A DNA stretch of 64,000 nucleotides from Octopus sinensis (GCF_006345805.1 NC_043003.1:25668001-25732000), one strand, 5' to 3'; positions 1 to 12,932 are shown, counted from the stretch's first letter. A program made the numbers and translations. The notes: generated from the sequence alone by a model not told the origin.

Positions 1-49
1 TGTAAATCGGTCAAAGTGTTTAACGAACTTAACTGCGGTAGCTGATATT

Positions 50-1125
50 AAGAAGAATGGTAGGCAATATCCACAGGGATTTTTAAAGTTTGGACTCCTA
101 CTTTCGTTTCCGAATACTGTAATAATACGTTTACGAATACTTATGTGCCTGCTATGTGGAAATATTTTCTGTAACGATGCCATGAAACTTGTGAAGACGT
201 GAAGACTATATTTCAGAAATCTTCACTCGAATAGGAAAAATAATAAATAACAATTTTGAATTTTTTTAAGGTGTTGAAAGAAAAAAATTAGAAAGTAACT
301 GATTTTTAACATATTTTTAAAGCAACTACCAGTAATGATGGAGGACTGAAGGCATTGTGCAATTTCTTTCAATATAGTAAAGAACAATCGTATGCTATTA
401 GCGGAAAGATTAGCCTTTCTACTATAAGCACAAGGGCTGAAATTGTGGTGAAGGGAACAAGTCGATTACATCGACCCCAGTATTTCACTAGTACTTAATT
501 TATCGACCCCGAACAGAATTCAAACTCAGAACGCAGCGATGGGCGAAATACCGCTAAGCATTTTGTCCAGCGTGCTGACGACTCTGTCAGCTCGCCACCT
601 TAGCGGGAAAATGATATCAGTAATTGAAGAAATGATTGAAAAGACTCGGTTTGTTCTAAAATGTCTGCCACTAAATGTAAATACAATACAATGACGCTTT
701 GGTGCAAAGGCCGTCAATATCGCTAGATTCCCATCCGACTCAATGAGTCGACTTCAGATGATTTTATACTGTAGTCTACATGAGGGACATTGTCCATTTC
801 TAAAGTAAAAATTTGTTTGTCAAATGACAAAGCTGATGAGAAAGTCGAGGCAGTTTTTCAATGTTTGGGAGATTATTTTAAGAAGCACAATGCTCTCCTC
901 TGGCATACATTACAATAATGGCTATTGTCGGTGGACCAACAATGGCTGGCCATTATAAATGATTTGCTGTCGTATTCAAGAAAGTAGTCTCCAATATGCG
1001 TATTGGTCACTCTGTATTACTCAGACACCATCTTGTATCGCATAAACTCTGCGGTGAACTACATGATACCTTAAAAGTATGTATCAGAACAACCAATCAA
1101 ATAAAATACATCCTGATTCGCCATT
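50..1125 (+). pseudogene. Decayed hAT transposase (Buster/Charlie, ZBED5/SCAND3-like), interrupted by a SINE
   Basis: Hand translation: CLLCGNIFCNDAMK (~146-190), DGGL (~337), LNEST (~740), then GGPTMAGHYK*FAVVFKKVVSNMRIGHSVLLRHHLVSHKLCGELHDTLKVCIRTTNQIK (~930-1105). This matches the hAT DGA-x-M...CxxH region. Contains stops and frameshifts. Confidence 0.8.
431..600 (-). mobile_element. SINE family M (head AGGCGGCGAGCTGGCAGA), degenerate copy
   Basis: Reverse complement carries the head, B-box-like CTGAGTTTGAATTC and GGGGTCGATAAATTAAGTACT shared with many copies in the window. Confidence 0.75.
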
Positions 1126-1149
1126 AGTTTGCTGTGTTTCTTCTTTTCT

Positions 1150-1333
1150 TTTTTTTTTCTTTTTAATTATTTCAGTCATTGAACTATGGCCATGCTGGGG
1201 CACCTCCTTGAAGGGTTTCAGTGGAACCAATTGGTCCCAGTACTTATTTTGTCAGTCTCTTGAATAGAGCCGCTAAGTTACAGGAACGTAAGCAAACTAA
1301 CACGGTGGTCAAGTGGTGGCGGGAGACAAACAT

Positions 1334-1397
<64 letters not shown>

Positions 1398-1400
1398 GAC
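1150..1400 (-). mobile_element. SINE family C, 3' part with internal (CA)n
   Basis: TTTCAGTCATTGAACTATGGCCATGCTGG...GCCGCTAAGTTAC matches the 3' half of family C copies at 7760 and 59960. Confidence 0.7.
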
Positions 1401-1404
1401 AGAC

Positions 1405-1650
1405 TTAATTCAGTTTCCTATTTCTTTACTGCCCACAAGGGGCTGAACATAGAAGGGACAAACAAGGACAGACAAACTGATTAAGTCGATTACATCGACC
1501 CCAGTGCGTAACTAGTACTTAGTTTATCGACCTCGAAAGGATGAAAGGCAAAGTCGACCTCGGCGGAATTTGAACTCAGAACGTAAAGACGGACGAAAAA
1601 TTGCTAAGCATTTCGCCCAGCGTGCTAACATTTCTGCCAGCTCGCCGCCT
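1405..1650 (-). mobile_element. SINE family M
   Basis: Head, B-box-like GAGTTCAAATTCC and GTCGACTTTGCCTTTCATCCTTTCG central domain (Meta-domain-like as recalled) on the minus strand. Confidence 0.85.
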
Positions 1651-1763
1651 TGACTTAATTCAGTTTCCGTCAATCAAATCCACTCACACGACTCTGGTCG
1701 GTCCCGGGCTCTAGTAGAAGACACTTACCCAAGGTGTCACGTGGCGGAACTGAACTCGGAACT

Positions 1764-2149
1764 GGGAAGCACTCCGTCGGTTACGACGATGAGGGTTCCG
1801 GTTGATCCGAATCAACGGAAAAGCCTGCTCGTGAAATTAACGTGTAAGTGGCTGAGCACTCCACAGACACGTGCACCCTTAACGTAGTTCTCGGGGATAT
1901 TCAGCGTGACACAGAGAGTGACAAGGCCGGCCCCTTGAAATACAGGTACAACAGAAACAGGAAGTAAGAGTGAGAGAAAGTTGTGGTGAAAGAGTACAGC
2001 AGGGATCACCACCATCCCCTGCCGGAGCCTCGTGGAGCTTTTAGGTGTTTTCGCTCAATAAACATTCACAATGCCCGGTCTGGGAATCGAAACCGCGATC
2101 CTATGATCGCGAGTCCGCTGCCCTAACCATTGGGCCATTGCACCTCCAC
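1764..2149 (-). mobile_element. Young tRNA-derived SINE family A inserted into a family C SINE
   Basis: Head GTGGAGGTGCAATGGCCCAATGG (A box) and GGTTTCGATTCC (B box). 12-bp TSD GAACTCGGAACT at 1752-1763 and 2150-2161. Confidence 0.9.
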
Positions 2150-2550
2150 GAACTCGGAACTATGTGGTTGGGAAGCAAACTTCTTACCACATAGCCATAC
2201 CTTGTACAAATTAAAAAAAACATGTAAAACTTCTAAACAATTGTTATTGCATTGGGAAGTAAGACATTTGTCACGAGGTGACTACTTGCAAAAACATGTC
2301 GGCAGTATATGACTCAGCTGTAGATTCTTATCGATATAGGAATATCATTATGTCGCCAGTTATAAAAGTGAAAGAAGTATCTATTATTTTTATTAGACCT
2401 GTGTTCAAAATGTAACGACGAACTAAACCATTTGCAAGGTTACATTACATTCAATAAAGTAAATATTATTCAATAATGTAAATATTATTACGTTAATGTA
2501 TTTGTTTTGCAAATTTCCTGATATGAAATTGTGTGTTCAAACAGATATTG

Positions 2551-2963
2551 TTATATTTCGGGACGGTCGTCTCTTTTTTTATTTTTTTGCCAAATAAATA
2601 CACATACTATATATTTGTTCTTTACTTTAGATTTATTGTCGTTTTTATTTGATGTTCTTTGGAAATCTTTCGTCACACATCCTGTGACCTTTTCAGTGAC
2701 GCTCCATCCCACGTTTGTATCGCGCGCGCGCGCACACACAGATAAAGATGCACTCTACAGAAAGACAGAACGGACTAAACAGAATAGGCGGAGACACGTG
2801 GGATAAAGAGTCGCTGAAGAGGTCGCAGGACGTGTGACGAAAGATTTCAGGAAAAAAGGGCACTAAAATAAGAACAATGATAAACCTGAAGTTAAGAACG
2901 AATATATATAGTGTGTGTGTTTATTTAGCAAAAAGAAAAAAAAGTAACCATCCCGAAATATAA
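2551..2963. mobile_element. Palindromic MITE-like element
   Basis: Ends TTATATTTCGGGACGGT (2551-2567) and ACCATCCCGAAATATAA (2947-2963). A second inverted pair lies inside at ~2662-2700 and ~2810-2850. Confidence 0.6.
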
Positions 2964-5406
2964 GAATAATGTAAATGTAATGGTTGGTTCTTGGGAAGGC
3001 TGCAAAGCATGCGAAGCAAAGTTTGTGTTTGTATCCTCTTCATTGTTTAGTAGTAAATACAGAGAGAGATAGAATGATGTTGTAAGAGAACAGAATTAGA
3101 ATTAGTGAGAGTTGTAGGGTGTGGGATGTTGTCTCACAGTTGCTGACAGTAGACTTCATTTCTTCCTCTGACCAAGGTTGGTCCGCCAGACTTCGTTGAG
3201 TCGTAATCATGTGACTGAAGTCGTTGAGTCGTCACCGACTGTGACTAACTGGTTTTTGCTTGGGGTGTGCTTGCTTTTATAGCTATCCAGAAGGATAGAC
3301 AGATGATTGAGAACAATCGATTTTGTTGGTGGTCTTGTTATCTCTATTCTATCTTTTGGTGAAATAGAAGAGGTTAGAAAGGGTCAAGTGGTGAAGACAT
3401 TATTTCGGCCTAGCTAAAGGCATCTGGAAAATGTAAAGCCGTGGGCAAAGTTCTGTTGCAGTGTTAATTTAAATTTGGCTATGTTGGATCGAATCCACTT
3501 CATGCATGCAAGATCCACTACACAAACATTACTGAAGCGCTAAAGAACAGTCCTAGTAGGCTTCAAGATCAAAACAGGCATATTTAAATCTATATTGATA
3601 CGTCAACACTTTAAATATTTTCAATTTTAGAGAAATTCGTAAAATTAGAAGCCGAAAACATTTCAATTCATTAAATAGAGATATGCAGAAAACAGCTAAA
3701 ATTAGGAGAAGACTATAAAGAACATTTCGTAGACCTGGTGAAAATGTTCCATAACTGATTACAACAGTTGACCCAATCAAAACTGTTTCGTATGGAAACA
3801 GAGAATGCAGACATTGAATCGTGCAAAATGATCTTGTGGTATAGTTGGCTTAGAGTTGGGTTATTTGGTTTGACTACGTGGTGTTCTCAAATAAATCTAA
3901 TCACAATATTTAGATTCTACTAATGTGATTATTTACACATTGGTATTACAGCTGTTATGCTGAATGCTGGTAGCTAGTGCGTGAGCTTGGCGAGAGAAGA
4001 AAGTGTTATGTCTTCATGTTTAGTGAGAGGTGATCTTTTTACACAAGGTTGGAGCGGCTTGGCTACTGGCTAACCAAGAGAACTTCTCGAATCCTCTGGC
4101 TTGTATTACTCGCACAGCTCGATTTATAACCACGACTCGGCGCGAAACTGCATGGAATTTTTCATTAATCTTAACACAACATAAATGCACCTGAATACGA
4201 TTGGCTGAAAAATAGTCGAAGATCACCTGATAAGGATAGTCACCACTAAATATGAAAACATGATATACTGTGGCCTCTTCTCGTTACTGAGCTAACAGGG
4301 TTTCGAATGCTGAGTACTGCTTCAAACTCACTAATGTCTGCGCGCGCATGAGTGTATATCAGGAATCTAAGTCATCACTCAAAGGTAAAATCTACAAGAT
4401 TTAAGATGATATTGACCCCGGTGAGATTTGAACTCAGAACGTGAATATTCAGAAGAAATGCCGCAAGACATTTAGCTCGACGTTCTAACGGTTCTGCTAA
4501 CTCACCACCTTTAAATAGATGTTTCTAAAATAGGCACGAGATTTAATTTTGGTAGTGAGAAAGAGGATAGCCGATAATGGTTCCTAACTTAAGAAAAAGG
4601 TCAACAATTTTATGAGGATAGAGGCTTAGTCAATATCATCGACCTCAGTACTTGACTTGTACTTTATTTTATTCACTCCAGTGGAATCTGAACCCCAAAC
4701 AAAGAACCGGAAGAGATACCACGAAGTATGTTTTCCGACGTTCTAACAATTCTGCCAGCTCGCTTCCTTGGGTTTAGATAAAGGTTTCTAGTTTAAGAAC
4801 ACCAACAATCTTTTGAGGAGAAGGGTTTAGATGATGCCATAGACATCAGTGTGGAGGCTTGTGGCTTAGCGGTCAGAGTGATCGTAAGATTGCGGTTTCC
4901 ATTCTTGGACTGGGCGATATACATTGTGTTCTTGAGCAAAACACTTCATTTCGCGTTGCTACAGTCTATTCAGCTGATAAAAATGAGTAATCCTGCGACG
5001 GATCATTGTCTCGGCCAGAATCCGAAAAACAGGTCTTAGGAACCTATGGCTTTGAAGGGACCTTTATTTACTTATTTATTTATAGACATTAGTATAAAAA
5101 ATAATAATGAAATTATTGTATACAGTGCTCAGGTGCACCACAACTTGTCAGAAAGGGCATATAAAGTACATGCAGTAATGTAGAAATGTCTGGAAAGTGA
5201 ACATGCTTGTGTGTGTATGGAGGGGAGAAAATCAAGTGTAGTGTTGGCGAATCTCAGGAAGCATGGAAGTTTTGAAGGATGCAGTGCTCCGACAACTAAC
5301 AACCGATGCCGGCAGTTTGTTCCATGCTTCAGCAACTCTCAGCGTGACCGATACCTTGTTGTATTGATTCTAGAATGACGAAAGGCTAAGTTTACATTTA
5401 AAATAG

Positions 5407-5552
<146 letters not shown>

Positions 5553-6290
5553 CATACAGATGAATTAGGTACTCAATTTGAAGCTTCTAAGCTGAAGTGA
5601 AAACAGCATGGACTCTGTCTGTCTTCTTACCCTCTTAGAGGATTTAAGTAAAATTATACAAATATATCCGACTGATTAAATAAATTCTATTTATTCATTC
5701 ATGCAGCTGAGGGTAGCCCTGCATTTAAATTGATGTAATTATTGCATTATTCAATTAAATGGAGCCGCTTGAAACGGTCGTACTACATCACCTCTGGATA
5801 TCCGGTTGCTTATTTTGATATATATATATAAACACATATATACACACATACACACGCATAAATGAAATAAAAATGAACTAAGAACTCAGAGTACCCAATG
5901 GTACGTTTTTGAACAAAATTTACAAATACAGTTATATCGAATACCATACAGCATAAATTCTTGATTTATTTAAAATTATCTCTTCCTCCAGAAAATGTAT
6001 TACGATTATCAAATGACAATTGAGAAAAGCTCCATATGAAAGCTGGTGTCAGTTGCTATTTGGCTATTATGATACACCTTCTAGGGGCGAAGATAATTTT
6101 AGTAAAGGATTTTTTTTGAACAAGTCGACTCCAGGACTTATGTTTTGGGGGTTCTTTTTTAAATGTCTAGTACTTATATTATCGCTCCTCCCTTCGCTGA
6201 ACTGCTAATTTACGATGATGAAAAATAATTAATATCGGTTGTCAAGTGGTAGGGGAATGACACAAATGTGCACACACACACACATACATG

Positions 6291-6363
<73 letters not shown>

Positions 6364-7039
6364 CGGACTTCGGATCTAGTCGGTTTGGCTGCCAGTGTCA
6401 ATTTTGTTCGAATTGATTTCGTATTCAGTGTAATGATGCACTTTTGTTGGCTAATGAATAGCGTGAAAATCATTTTTGCTACAAATCAATAAATAAGGAG
6501 TTATCAGCAATTAAATTTTGAACATTTTGGTAATTTTAGCCAATCGTAAGCCACACACGTTCATGCCTGTTTCCATAGTAACAAGCGGAACACGAGAACT
6601 CTTTTGTCTGCGAGAAAGCACATGTTGACAAATATATTAAAACCAATTTTTTACCTGTCTGTTGACAACTGAACATCTGAATTTATGAACTGGTCAACAA
6701 AACGTTTGTTTTTAAAACTATTTATGCATATTGAATAATTAAAACTACTTGTTTAGTCGTTTCCTTTTGTCATTGAGGTGGTTGTGAGGTGTGCTAAAAA
6801 TAACAGCTAAATAACGTTTTTTTGGGGGGGGGGATAAATCTTTTAAATTGACATAAACATAAATCTTTTAAATCAATATAAACATAAACATTTATTTACA
6901 TGAAAGAAAATTACCGGAGAACTTTCATCTAATTCTTCCAAATTTCTGTTAAAACTGTATTGAAACCGTTTGTGGGGAAAAATTGTAATGTGTTTATCGC
7001 ATGTAATGTGTTGTTCATCGCATTTGCATTAAAGGCATT

Positions 7040-7344
7040 TATTTATCTATGCGCCCTTTTCAAGTCTAGCCAGGCTCATGGGCCCGGTTTCTGTGGCGTA
7101 TGTGTTCCCCCCAGCTGGACGGGACGCCAGTCCATCACAGTATTACTCAAGAAGCAGGAAGAAAGAGTGAGAGAAAGTTGGGGCAAAAGAGTACAACAGG
7201 AGTCGCCACCATCACCTGCCGGAACCTCGTGGAGCTTTAGGTGTTTTCGCCCAATAAACACACACAACGCCCGGTCTGGGAATCGAAACCGCGATCCTCC
7301 GACCGCGAGTCGGCTGCTCTAACCACTAGGCCATTGCATCTCCA
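7040..7344 (-). mobile_element. SINE with family A head and alternative 3' tail (V-domain-like)
   Basis: Same tRNA head as family A, then GATGGACTGGCGTCCCGTCCAG tail. Imperfect TSD TTAAAGGCAT / TTAAAGACAT. Confidence 0.8.
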
Positions 7345-7759
7345 ACGTTAAAGACATATTGAATGTTTAAAACTGTTTGCTTACTCGTTTCTTTTCGTCA
7401 CTGAGATGGTTGTGAGGTGTGCTAAAAATAACAGCTAAATAACATTTTCTGGATAAATCTTTTAAGTCCGTGCTATCGCATCAAATGCATGTTGAAATCT
7501 TCAAACTACAAAACACGCGTTGTTTACAAATATTGACAACACGTGCTATCTTCAGGATGCTGACAACAAAATGTACAGACACACACAAAATGACAGCTTC
7601 CAAATCCAACTAGATCCTGGACTTCTTTCAGTTTCCGTCTACCAAATCCACTTTCAAGGAATTGGTCGGCCTGAGGTGTCACGCGGTAGGACTGAACTCG
7701 AAACCTCGTTGTTGCACACAGCCATGCCAGCTGAAAATAAAAATAAAACGTTTTTAGTT

Positions 7760-8172
7760 ACTCTCTTTACTCTCTTTTACTCTTTTACTTGTTTCAGCCA
7801 TTTGACTGCGGCCATGTTGGAGCACCGCCTTTAGTCGAGCAAATCGACCCCGGGACTTATTCTTTGTAAGCCCAGTACTTATTCTATCGGTCTCTTTTGC
7901 CGAACCGCTAAGTGTAACGGGGACGTAAACACACTAGCATCGGTTGTCAAGCGATGTTGGAGCGGGACAAACACAGGCACACAAACACATACATAAATAT
8001 ACATATATACGACAGGCTTCTTTCAGTTTCCGCCTACCAAATCCACTCACAAGGCATTGGTAAGCCCGAGGCTATAGCAGAAGACACTTGCCCAAGATGC
8101 CACGCAGTGGGACTGAACCCGGAACCATGTGGTTGGTTAGCAAGCTACTTACCACACAGCCACTCCTGCGCC
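7760..8172 (-). mobile_element. SINE family C (CORE-like), full length
   Basis: Head GGCGCAGGAGTGGCTGTGTGG, B-box-like GGGTTCAGTCCC, CORE-like ATCTTGGGCAAGTG, tail (AAAAGAGT)n. Confidence 0.9.
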
Positions 8173-8559
8173 TATTGCTGACTAATATTGTTTTTCCAGC
8201 ATTACTTTTTTTTTTTTTTCTTCTTTTCTCAAATTCATTTTTATTTACTTCCTGCATTTAATATGTTGACACTGATTATCATTTTTTTTTTTTCATGAAA
8301 GTCATTTATTAATCAATCAAATTATTAGTTAAATTCGTTGAGTCGGAACATGAAAAGGAGGAGGAAGGAGGGAGTCATATGAATGTCTTTCAAGCATTTT
8401 CCGCAGAAAAGTTCTTAACAACGTTAAAAAAGCGAAAGTACAGCCACTGCGGAAGTGAAACTGAAAGTGATGCGTTCAGCCATTTAATGAGAAGGACAAG
8501 GAAAAAGAAGAGCTGAGTGAGAGCGTGTGGGGGGGGGGTACCAGGGATAATTCTTATAG

Positions 8560-9443
8560 TAGTAGTAGTAGAGGTAGTTGCGGTAGCAGCAGCAGCAGCA
8601 GCAGCAGCAGTAACAGCACCGGTTGTAGCGGCGGAAAAGATTGTTAGGTCATGGTAGAATCAGAAAAGGATGGGGGGGAGGTGACATAAAGAAGAAGAAG
8701 AAGAAGAAGAAGACAAGGAAGAAAAGAAGGAACCAAAGAAGAAGAAAACAAGGAAGAAAAGAAGGAACCAAAGAAGAAGACGAAGAAGAAGAAAACAAGG
8801 AACCAAAGAAGAAGAAGAAGAAGAAGAAGAAGAAGAAGAAGAAGAAGAAGAAGAAGAAGAAGACGAGGAAAAGAAGTAGAAGAAAAGGAGAAAGAAAAGA
8901 AGAAGAAAAAAATCAAAGAGGAAGAAAAAAGGAATAGAAGAGGAAAAAAGGAAAAGAGCAAGAAGAAAAAACAACAACAAGCAGTAAGTTAGCTAGAACA
9001 GTGTGTTTGTTAGTACCTATGTTGTACTGCAGGTATTCCAGCTTTACCAATTCTATTTCGGTAGCACTAAGAACTGTTGGTTTCTTCTCTCGCATGTAAA
9101 CAAACAGTCGAGGACTGCAAGAGATATATAGAAGAAAGGGATGGGTGTAGTCAGAAAGAGAGAGGGAGAGGGAGAGAGAGAGAGCGAGAGAGAGAATGAG
9201 AAAGAGAGACTGTGTGAGTGAGTGGGAGAGGAAGAGTTTAGTATAAAGGAAAGAGCTAGAGAAGAGAGAGAGAGCGAGAGAGAGAAAGAGAAAGAGAGAC
9301 TGTGTGAGTGAGTGGGAGAGGAAGAGTTTAGTATAAAGGAAAGAGCTAGAGAAGAGAGAAAGAGAGAGAGGAGAAAATGCAAAGGAGTATAGAATAAAAG
9401 AAGGGTAGGGGGAATGAATGATTGAGTGAGTGAGTCAGTTAGT

Positions 9444-9481
<38 letters not shown>

Positions 9482-9641
9482 CATGAATGGAGGTGTGTAT
9501 GAACTTAAAAAGAAGAAACGTGAAAGAAATAGTGGTAAGGGGAGAAAGTCAAAGTTTACGCGAGAATCCGTGGGGGGTGGGGGTGCGGAGGAGTTGAAAG
9601 CATGAAAGAAGTAGAAAATGCAGAGAGAGAGGGGGAGGGAA

Positions 9642-9693
<52 letters not shown>

Positions 9694-9950
9694 CTGACTG
9701 GGCTGGTGAGGGTAAAGGTTAATAACGGAAAACAAGACAAACAGAAACGGAGGTAAAAAGTAGAAAGCAGAAGAGAAAAGGTGAAAAAACGGAGGAGTAA
9801 ATGTGAGAAGGCAAGACAAGAAAAGTGAGAGGTAGACAAAGAAAAGAGAGGGAAAAAGAAAAAAAAAAAACAGAAAGAGAGAGAGAGAGATGTAAACAGG
9901 AAAATAGAAAGTTAAACATGAATAAGAAAGACAGAGGGAGAAGAAAAAAT
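8560..9950. repeat. Long purine-rich low-complexity tract: (GCA)n, (GAA)n, (GA)n, with a 90-bp tandem duplication
   Basis: Read directly; the same TGTGTGAGTGAGTGGGAGAGG unit starts at 9211 and 9301. Confidence 0.95.
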
Positions 9951-9952
9951 AT

Positions 9953-10271
9953 GTCATCATCATTGTTCGACCGTGGTTGAGACAATGGAATTTACCATGC
10001 TACGCCAGACTTCACGGTCCATCATGGCATTACGGAGGTCCTGTTGCTGGATGCCTGTATCCCTGGAGATTACATCAGGGTAGGAGAGTGTGCGCCCTCT
10101 GGTATTGCGAGTAGATGGCTTCCAGAGGAGAAGAGTAGATATTACTTCTTTTTCAGCTCTACAACAATGTCCAGCAAACTGGACTCTCCTACCTTTCACA
10201 AGAGATGACACAGGTGGTAGTTTCCCAATATATGTAATGGGTATAGAGCCGTCTAAAACTCCATAAATCAC
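9953..10271 (-). pseudogene. 3' end of a 5'-truncated RTE-type LINE
   Basis: ORF 9960-10271 (RRVQFAGHCCRA...KPSTRNTRGRTLSYPDVISRDTG...AMMDREVWRSMV) ends in TGA followed by a (TGA)n tail, as in RTE-clade C-termini. Confidence 0.8.
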
Positions 10272-10274
10272 AAC

Positions 10275-10560
10275 AAAAAAAAAGAAGAAAAACGCACTCG
10301 TATATTTGTCAACAGAGTGGGTAATATTAATCGAAATGTACAGTAATATAGTTGAAATTTACAGAAAAGCAAAAGACGAAGACAGATGTACAAATAACAA
10401 GCAGGTGTATTAGTTTGACGCTCGAGAAAGTGAGAAAGTCTTTTGGGTTTCGAGCCTACGCTCTTCAACAGAAAGGAACACGAGGAAATAAACAGAGAGA
10501 GAATTATATCCATTACGGCCGATTTTACCATTCGGTTTCTTGTTAGGGATTCAACCGGAT
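10275..10560 (-). mobile_element. Penelope-like non-autonomous fragment with degenerate hammerhead-like motif
   Basis: Minus strand CTGTTGAAGAGCGTAGGCTCGAAAC. Same family as the element at ~41880-42060. Confidence 0.55.
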
Positions 10561-11220
10561 GTAAAATGACAGCCTGATTATGTAATCCTGCGCTCATCAA
10601 AGTTTGCAGTTATGAGAGAAGATATGGTGACTGCTTTATATATGCGTGTATGTATGCATGTATGTATGTATGTACTGTGAGCAAGGTCGAGTAGCTACCA
10701 TCTGTAATTGGTGATAGTCTTGTTCCGAGGAAGAGAAATAATTCAGAAATCATTGGTCTATAGGTATCACTAAGGCTATAAAGGGAGCAATAGACTCCCT
10801 TGCTCATGGTATACGGCCACAGAACATGTGTCGGTAGCCAGTTGGAAAAGATGTTTTGCTGGAGCTAAAATGTAGTAATATCGTCCTGTGTAGGACAACC
10901 ACATTGTGTTGGCAAATAGACTTTACTGTTCATTACTGTTACTACATATTTCTCGCTCAGAGATTTAAAACTAGTTGTTTTTCTCTTTACGAGGTCAGCG
11001 GCTGTGTGTCGCTTTAAAAGTATATACTATGAGCAAAGTCGAGTAGCTGCTATCTCCCAGAAACCATTGGTCCTCAAGTTTTCACTAAAGTTAGAAAGGG
11101 ATCAATAAACTCCCTTGCGCATGGTATACGGATGCAAACCATATGTCAGTAGTCACTGGGGCTAAAAAGTAGTAACATCGTCTTGTGCAGAACTGTCACA
11201 CTGTGTTGGCAAATGAACTT

Positions 11221-11269
<49 letters not shown>

Positions 11270-11286
11270 ATATATATATATGCCAC

Positions 11287-11601
11287 TTAGTGGTGTGTGG
11301 TAAGAACCTTACTTCCCTACAATATGGTTCAATCCCACTGCGTGTTACCTTGGGCAAGTGTATAGCGTCGGACCGAAAAAATCCATGTGGGTGGATTGGT
11401 TAGTGGAAACTGAAAGAAGCCCGTCGTATATATATATAGGCGCAGGAGTGGCTGTGTGGTAAGTAGCTTGCTAACCAACCACATGGTTGCGGGTTCAGTC
11501 CCACTGCGTGGCATCTTGGGCAAGTGTCTTCTCCTATAGCCCCGGGCCGACCAATGCCTTGTGAGTGGATTTGGTAGACGGAAACTGAAAGAAGCCTGCC
11601 G

Positions 11602-11664
<63 letters not shown>

Positions 11665-12200
11665 TTGTGTGTCTGTGTTTGTCCCCCCTAGCATTGCTTG
11701 ACAACCGATGCTGGTGTGTTTACGTCCCCGTCATTTAGCGGTTCGGCAAAAGAATAAGTCCCGGGGTCGATTTGCTCGACTAAAGGCTGTGCTCCAGCAT
11801 GGCCGCAGTCAAATGACTGAAACAAGTAAAAGAGTAAAGAGTGAGTGGCTGTGTGGTAAGTAGCTTGCTAACCAACCACACGGTTGCGGGTTCAGTCCCA
11901 CTGCGTGGCATCTTGGGCAAGTGTCTTCTGCTATAGCCCCGGGCCGACCAATGCCTTGTGAGTGGATTTGGTAGACGGAAACTGAAAGAAGCCTGTCGTA
12001 TATATGTATATATATGTATATGTGTGTGTGTTTGTGTGTCTGTGTTTGTCCCCCTAGCATTGCTTGACAACCGATGCCGGTGTGTTTACGTCCCCGTCAC
12101 TTAGCGGTTCGGCAAAAAGAGACCGATAGAATAAGTACTAAAAGGTGGTGCTCCAGCATGACTGCAGTCAAATGACTGAAACAAGTAAAAGAGTAAAGAG
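11287..12200 (+). mobile_element. Tandem cluster of family C SINEs (one partial, two near-complete)
   Basis: GAGTGGCTGTGTGGTAAG heads at ~11446 and ~11844; the next head follows directly after the AAAAGAGT tail. Confidence 0.9.
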
Positions 12201-12932
12201 AGTATATATATATATATATAAACATGTGTCGTACTCAATAAGGCTTAATACGCATTCTATCTACTATTTTATTAATATTATTATCCCAACCGCCACTGCG
12301 AAGTTCATACGGTAACCTAAACTGTGCTAGTACTTTGCTCATTATCTATTTATACATTTTGTATAATTTTTCCATTATATGTGTGTGCGTGAGTCTGTGT
12401 TTGTATACCCCCCACCTTCGCTTGACAACCGATGTTGGTGTGTTTATGTCCCCCGTAACTTAGTGGTTCGGCAAAAGACACCGATAGAAGAAGTACTAGG
12501 CTTACAAAAAATAAGTCCTGGGGTCGATTTGTTCGACTAAAGGCGGTGCTCCAGCATGGCCGCTGTCAAATGACAGAAATAAGTAAAAGTATATATTACG
12601 GAGATGTACTTGCATAGCAAGTGACCTGATCTGAGATCAGGTCACTTGCTAAAGGATATCAGGAATATCGGTTGTCGACGCTTACTCTGAGTTCTGGTCA
12701 GTGCTGATGTAATTTTTGGTGATAAGTGATTGGCTGTGATCCTCATGAACCCGTAAGACTACAAAACTATACCAGAATCGAGTCCCGCAGAATATGCTTA
12801 TAGGAAGGACTTAAAACTCGGTATTCAAAGCAGAAAGCCAAGCTGTTAAACGTGTTAGTAATAGTCATTTAAAAGAGAAAAAACAGAAAGACATTTACAG
12901 GTGGAAGAATCGCAGTGTGATGTCTTAAATAA

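Noticed and set aside
3000-4250. Possible Penelope or LTR remnant (TATA-like CTATAAAAG on the minus strand)
   Set aside because: No recognisable protein motif or intact hammerhead core found.
8641-9985. Lys/Arg-, Ser- and Leu/Phe-rich ORFs
   Set aside because: Products of (GAA)n/(GA)n low-complexity sequence.
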